This document shows positions 21,486 to 24,000 of a stretch of DNA of 24,000 bases, in pieces. Made by a program: the position numbers and the translations under genes. Numbering within the stretch: position 1 is the first letter of the stretch; each line of letters opens with the position of its first letter. Under the pieces are notes generated by a model. That model searched no databases, was not told the DNA's origin, and saw only the letters and a list, made by a program, of their open reading frames with translations. Source of the DNA: Tractidigestivibacter montrealensis. Lineage in GTDB: Bacteria > Actinomycetota > Coriobacteriia > Coriobacteriales > Atopobiaceae. The stretch covers positions 537,133 to 561,132 of the forward strand of contig NZ_JANSKA010000001.1 in the NCBI RefSeq assembly GCF_024741235.1. The letters run 5' to 3'.

Positions 21486-23597
21486 TCAGGAGTGGCTCTC
21501 CTCTTGCTTCGCACGGTCCCAAAGCTCGTTCAGCTCCGCAGTCGAGAGTGCGTCAAGGTCGCAGCCCTTCTCACGCGCCAGGTCCTCCATGCGAGACCAG
21601 CGGCGACGGAACTTCTCGTTGCTCTGTGCCAGGGCCCCCTCGGCGTCGATGCCCTCCATGCGCGCTACGTTCACCAGCGAGAAGAGCAGGTCGCCAAACT
21701 CGAGCGCGCGGGCCTGTGATCCTGTCGGCTCGCGCTCGAACTCATCGCGCTCCTCGTGCACCTTGTCCCACACGCCAGAGACGTCATCCCAGTCGAAGCC
21801 GACCTTTGCCGCGCGAGCGCTGATCTTTTGGCACTGCATGAGCGCCGGCATAGCGCGCGGCACGGAGTCGAGAAGCCCGACCTCAGGCTCCCTGGCGCTG
21901 GCGCCCGCCGTCTCGCGCTCGCGACGCTTCACGTTGTCCCAGATGCGAGCCACGTCCTCGGGCGTCTCGGCATCCACGCCACCAAAGACGTGGGGGTGAC
22001 GGCGCACGAGCTTCTCATCTATGGCGCGGCACACGTCATCGATGGTGAAAGCGCCTTCCTCCGCAGCCACCTGCGAGTTGAGGACCACCTGGTAGAGCAC
22101 GTCGCCGAGCTCCTCCGCCATGTGGGAGGCGTCATCTGCGCGCAGGGCCTCGGCAGCCTCGTAGGCCTCCTCAACCATGTAGCGCACAAGCGACTCGTGC
22201 GTCTGCTCGCGGTCCCACGGGCAGCCGTCCTCCTGGCGCAGGCGCCAGACCGTGCGCACGAGCCGGTCGAACTCGCAGTGCGTTCCGGGAACGCCGGGGC
22301 GCGAGAGACTCTCGGCGTCCACGGCGCAAAGGGCGTCCGCGGTCGTAGCGACCTCCGGCCCCGGCACGGGCGCGGACACGGGGTCCGCTTGGGGCCCGCG
22401 GCCGCCCACCCCGACGCCGCCGCCGTTGCGCACTGCTGCGGCGAGCGCCTCGGCGACAATCCCCGCACCGGTGGAGCCGGGATGCAGCCGACCGTCAGCA
22501 AACATGAGGGGGCTTCTCGGCAAGATGCTTGCTCCGTCGACCACCGTCACGTTTTCGTGGCCACGGCACGCGCGCTCAATGGCACGGCGCACCCACGAAA
22601 GCGACTTGCCATTAGGGATGCCAGCCAGCGTGGCCTCGTCCGCCTCGTCGGCGCGCCAGAGCGGCGTGAGCACGTAGATGGGCGTGTTGGGGAAGAGCTT
22701 GCACAGGCGGTCAAGGTAGGCGGAGGCGTCGCGGCGAATCTCCTTGCCCGAGCCCTCGCAGCCCCAGTCGTTGGTCCCGTAGGCCACGGTAATTGCCGCA
22801 GGCGGCTCCTTGCGCAGCGCCTTTATACCCGTAAGCGTCTTCTGGTCAAAGACGTAACCGCAGACGGCCTGGTTCACCAGGTCAAGGCCAAGCTCCGCCG
22901 AGAGGAGCGCCGGGTACGAGAGTGAAGGGCACCCCACCACAAAGCCCTGGGTGATGGAGTCGCCAAGGGCCAGCAGGTAGCCGCGCCGGGGTGCCGGGGC
23001 GGCCGTGCCGTTCGAGACAAGGCGTCCCACGGCAACGGACATAATGAGCGGCAGGTAGATGCGAACCTCGAGGGGCAGGTGCTCCGGATTGTCGAAGCGC
23101 ACGGCAATACGACCGTCTCGCACGGCGACGGTATGGGACTGGCCACCCTCCACCACGGCGTCGATGCCGTCGATAAGGCCGTCCTCTGCTTGCCCAAGAC
23201 TGCCCAGGTGCTCCATGACCTCGGAGTAGAGCGGGTGCGCGGGATCCAGGGCAGCCGTCACGTGGCAGTCAAAGGAGACCTCACTGCCCGTGGTCACAAG
23301 CGCCAGGCAAATGCCCGAGGTCGCGCGGGCACGGCGCCCGCGACCAACGGAGTCCAGGTAGCGAAGCTGTTTCTCGGAGAAGCGGTAGGGCTGCACAAGA
23401 CCGTCGCCCGCGTCCTCGACGAGAAGGGCGCCACGAAGGTACTCGGTGATGTCACCGGGCAGGGATACCTCGGACGGGGCCGCATCCTCGCCGGAATGCG
23501 GCGTCATTCTCGTCCCCATGTGCGCAGCCGCAAGCGCCGTGCGTGCCAGCTTGCCAGACTTGATGAGCCTTGCCCTATCATCCTTGCTCAAAGCCAT
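21486..23597 (-). CDS. mazG: Three-part fusion: unknown N-terminal domain, SGNH/GDSL hydrolase domain and tandem MazG nucleoside-triphosphate pyrophosphohydrolase
   Basis: A 703-aa ORF after GAGGAGAGGGA. Residues ~207-388 are SGNH: block I LLALGDSITQG (Ser214, nt 22956-22958), YGTNDW, and block V DGRLHP. Residues 389-440 form a Gly/Pro-rich linker. Residues 441-703 hold two MazG repeats (CPWDREQTHESLVRYMVEEAYEAAEA...ELGDVLYQV...RRHPHVFG, then VWDKVHEERDEFE...EFGDLLFSLVNVAR). Confidence 0.85.
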   Translation of the reverse strand: MALSKDDRARLIKSGKLARTALAAAHMGTRMTPHSGEDAAPSEVSLPGDITEYLRGALLVEDAGDGLVQPYRFSEKQLRYLDSVGRGRRARATSGICLALVTTGSEVSFDCHVTAALDPAHPLYSEVMEHLGSLGQAEDGLIDGIDAVVEGGQSHTVAVRDGRIAVRFDNPEHLPLEVRIYLPLIMSVAVGRLVSNGTAAPAPRRGYLLALGDSITQGFVVGCPSLSYPALLSAELGLDLVNQAVCGYVFDQKTLTGIKALRKEPPAAITVAYGTNDWGCEGSGKEIRRDASAYLDRLCKLFPNTPIYVLTPLWRADEADEATLAGIPNGKSLSWVRRAIERACRGHENVTVVDGASILPRSPLMFADGRLHPGSTGAGIVAEALAAAVRNGGGVGVGGRGPQADPVSAPVPGPEVATTADALCAVDAESLSRPGVPGTHCEFDRLVRTVWRLRQEDGCPWDREQTHESLVRYMVEEAYEAAEALRADDASHMAEELGDVLYQVVLNSQVAAEEGAFTIDDVCRAIDEKLVRRHPHVFGGVDAETPEDVARIWDNVKRRERETAGASAREPEVGLLDSVPRAMPALMQCQKISARAAKVGFDWDDVSGVWDKVHEERDEFEREPTGSQARALEFGDLLFSLVNVARMEGIDAEGALAQSNEKFRRRWSRMEDLAREKGCDLDALSTAELNELWDRAKQEESHS

Positions 23598-23679
23598 GGG
23601 GTCGTCCCTCTCCTCGCGTCACGCTGGTTGTCAGCTCTCGTCAGCATAGGGCAAGAGGCGGCACGGGGACGGCGAGGCA

Positions 23680-23728
23680 CCGAATGTGTGGCGAGCCGAT
23701 ACACATTCGGGGCACGAACGTGTATCGG
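23680..23728. other. Two overlapping, mutually exclusive inverted repeats in the 232-bp intergenic region upstream of the MazG-fusion gene
   Basis: CCGAATGTGT (23680-23689) pairs perfectly with ACACATTCGG (23701-23710). CCGATACAC (23696-23704) pairs perfectly with GTGTATCGG (23720-23728). The two stems share ACAC at 23701-23704. Confidence 0.35.
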
Positions 23729-23829
23729 CCTGCGCGGGATACAGCTTCGGGCCCAAACGTGTGGCGGCGCGCCGGCCCGCAGCGCTGCCGCCCACCGCCA
23801 CCCGGCGCAAGCCGGCGCCAAGCCCCGCC

Positions 23830-24000
23830 CTACTCGTCGTCCGTCTCGTCTCCGCCGCCAATCTCCTCCAGCACGCCAAGCGCGGCAGGCATGACCTCCT
23901 CCTGCTTTGCGCGGAAGGGATACGCCAGCTTGTGCGTCTTGGGGTAGACCAGGGCCCCACGCTCCTTGAGCTTGAGCGCCGTCTTTCTCGGCACATCAAT
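23830..24000 (-). CDS. 3' end of a CDS that continues beyond the window; possibly transcription-repair coupling factor Mfd (guess from gene order only)
   Basis: My reverse-strand translation is ...IDVPRKTALKLKERGALVYPKTHKLAYPFRAKQEEVMPAALGVLEEIGGGDETDDE*, with stop TAG at 23830-23832. Codons are GC3-rich. The product guess rests only on the mfd-mazG adjacency seen in other actinobacteria. Confidence 0.5.
   Translation of the reverse strand: MDVPRKTALKLKERGALVYPKTHKLAYPFRAKQEEVMPAALGVLEEIGGGDETDDE

Noticed and set aside
19851-23947. Plus-strand ORFs 19851..20516, 19897..20604, 21050..21823, 21340..21999, 21756..22925, 23079..23894 and 23570..23947
   Set aside because: They are antisense to Ppx, the FtsB-like gene and the SGNH-MazG fusion, or they span intergenic GC-rich DNA. 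The peptides are Arg/Pro/Ala-rich with no domains.

Overview
High-GC window (my estimate is low-to-mid 60s % GC) that looks like chromosome from an anaerobic actinobacterium, possibly Coriobacteriia-like. That assignment is an inference from gene content and from the (mfd?)-mazG-ftsB-ppx gene order. I saw no transposase, integrase, CRISPR array or rRNA. Positions 1-9500 hold a nucleoside/deoxyribose salvage and catabolism neighbourhood: a BMP-type ABC importer, deoD, deoB, a wHTH-fused PfkB kinase and deoC. Inside it sits the most interesting unit, a Crp/Fnr-family regulator translationally coupled to a short YjjI-type glycyl-radical enzyme and its YjjW-type radical-SAM activase. To my knowledge this enzyme family has no established substrate. 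A 620-bp noncoding gap at 9498-10120 holds two diverged AT-rich ~150-nt homologous elements in head-to-head inverted orientation. Next come an Fe-alcohol dehydrogenase, a CstA transporter whose upstream region carries helically phased direct repeats, and two overlapping paralogous helical-repeat proteins of unknown function. These are followed by tRNA-Glu, an orphan GatB-type PTS EIIB, a split transketolase whose TPP-binding half is fused to a GntR/UTRA regulator, and tRNA-Leu. The window ends with Ppx/GppA, an FtsB/DivIC-like protein, and a three-part fusion of an unknown domain, an SGNH hydrolase and a tandem MazG. Most other long ORFs in the track are antisense or off-frame shadow ORFs typical of high-GC DNA.
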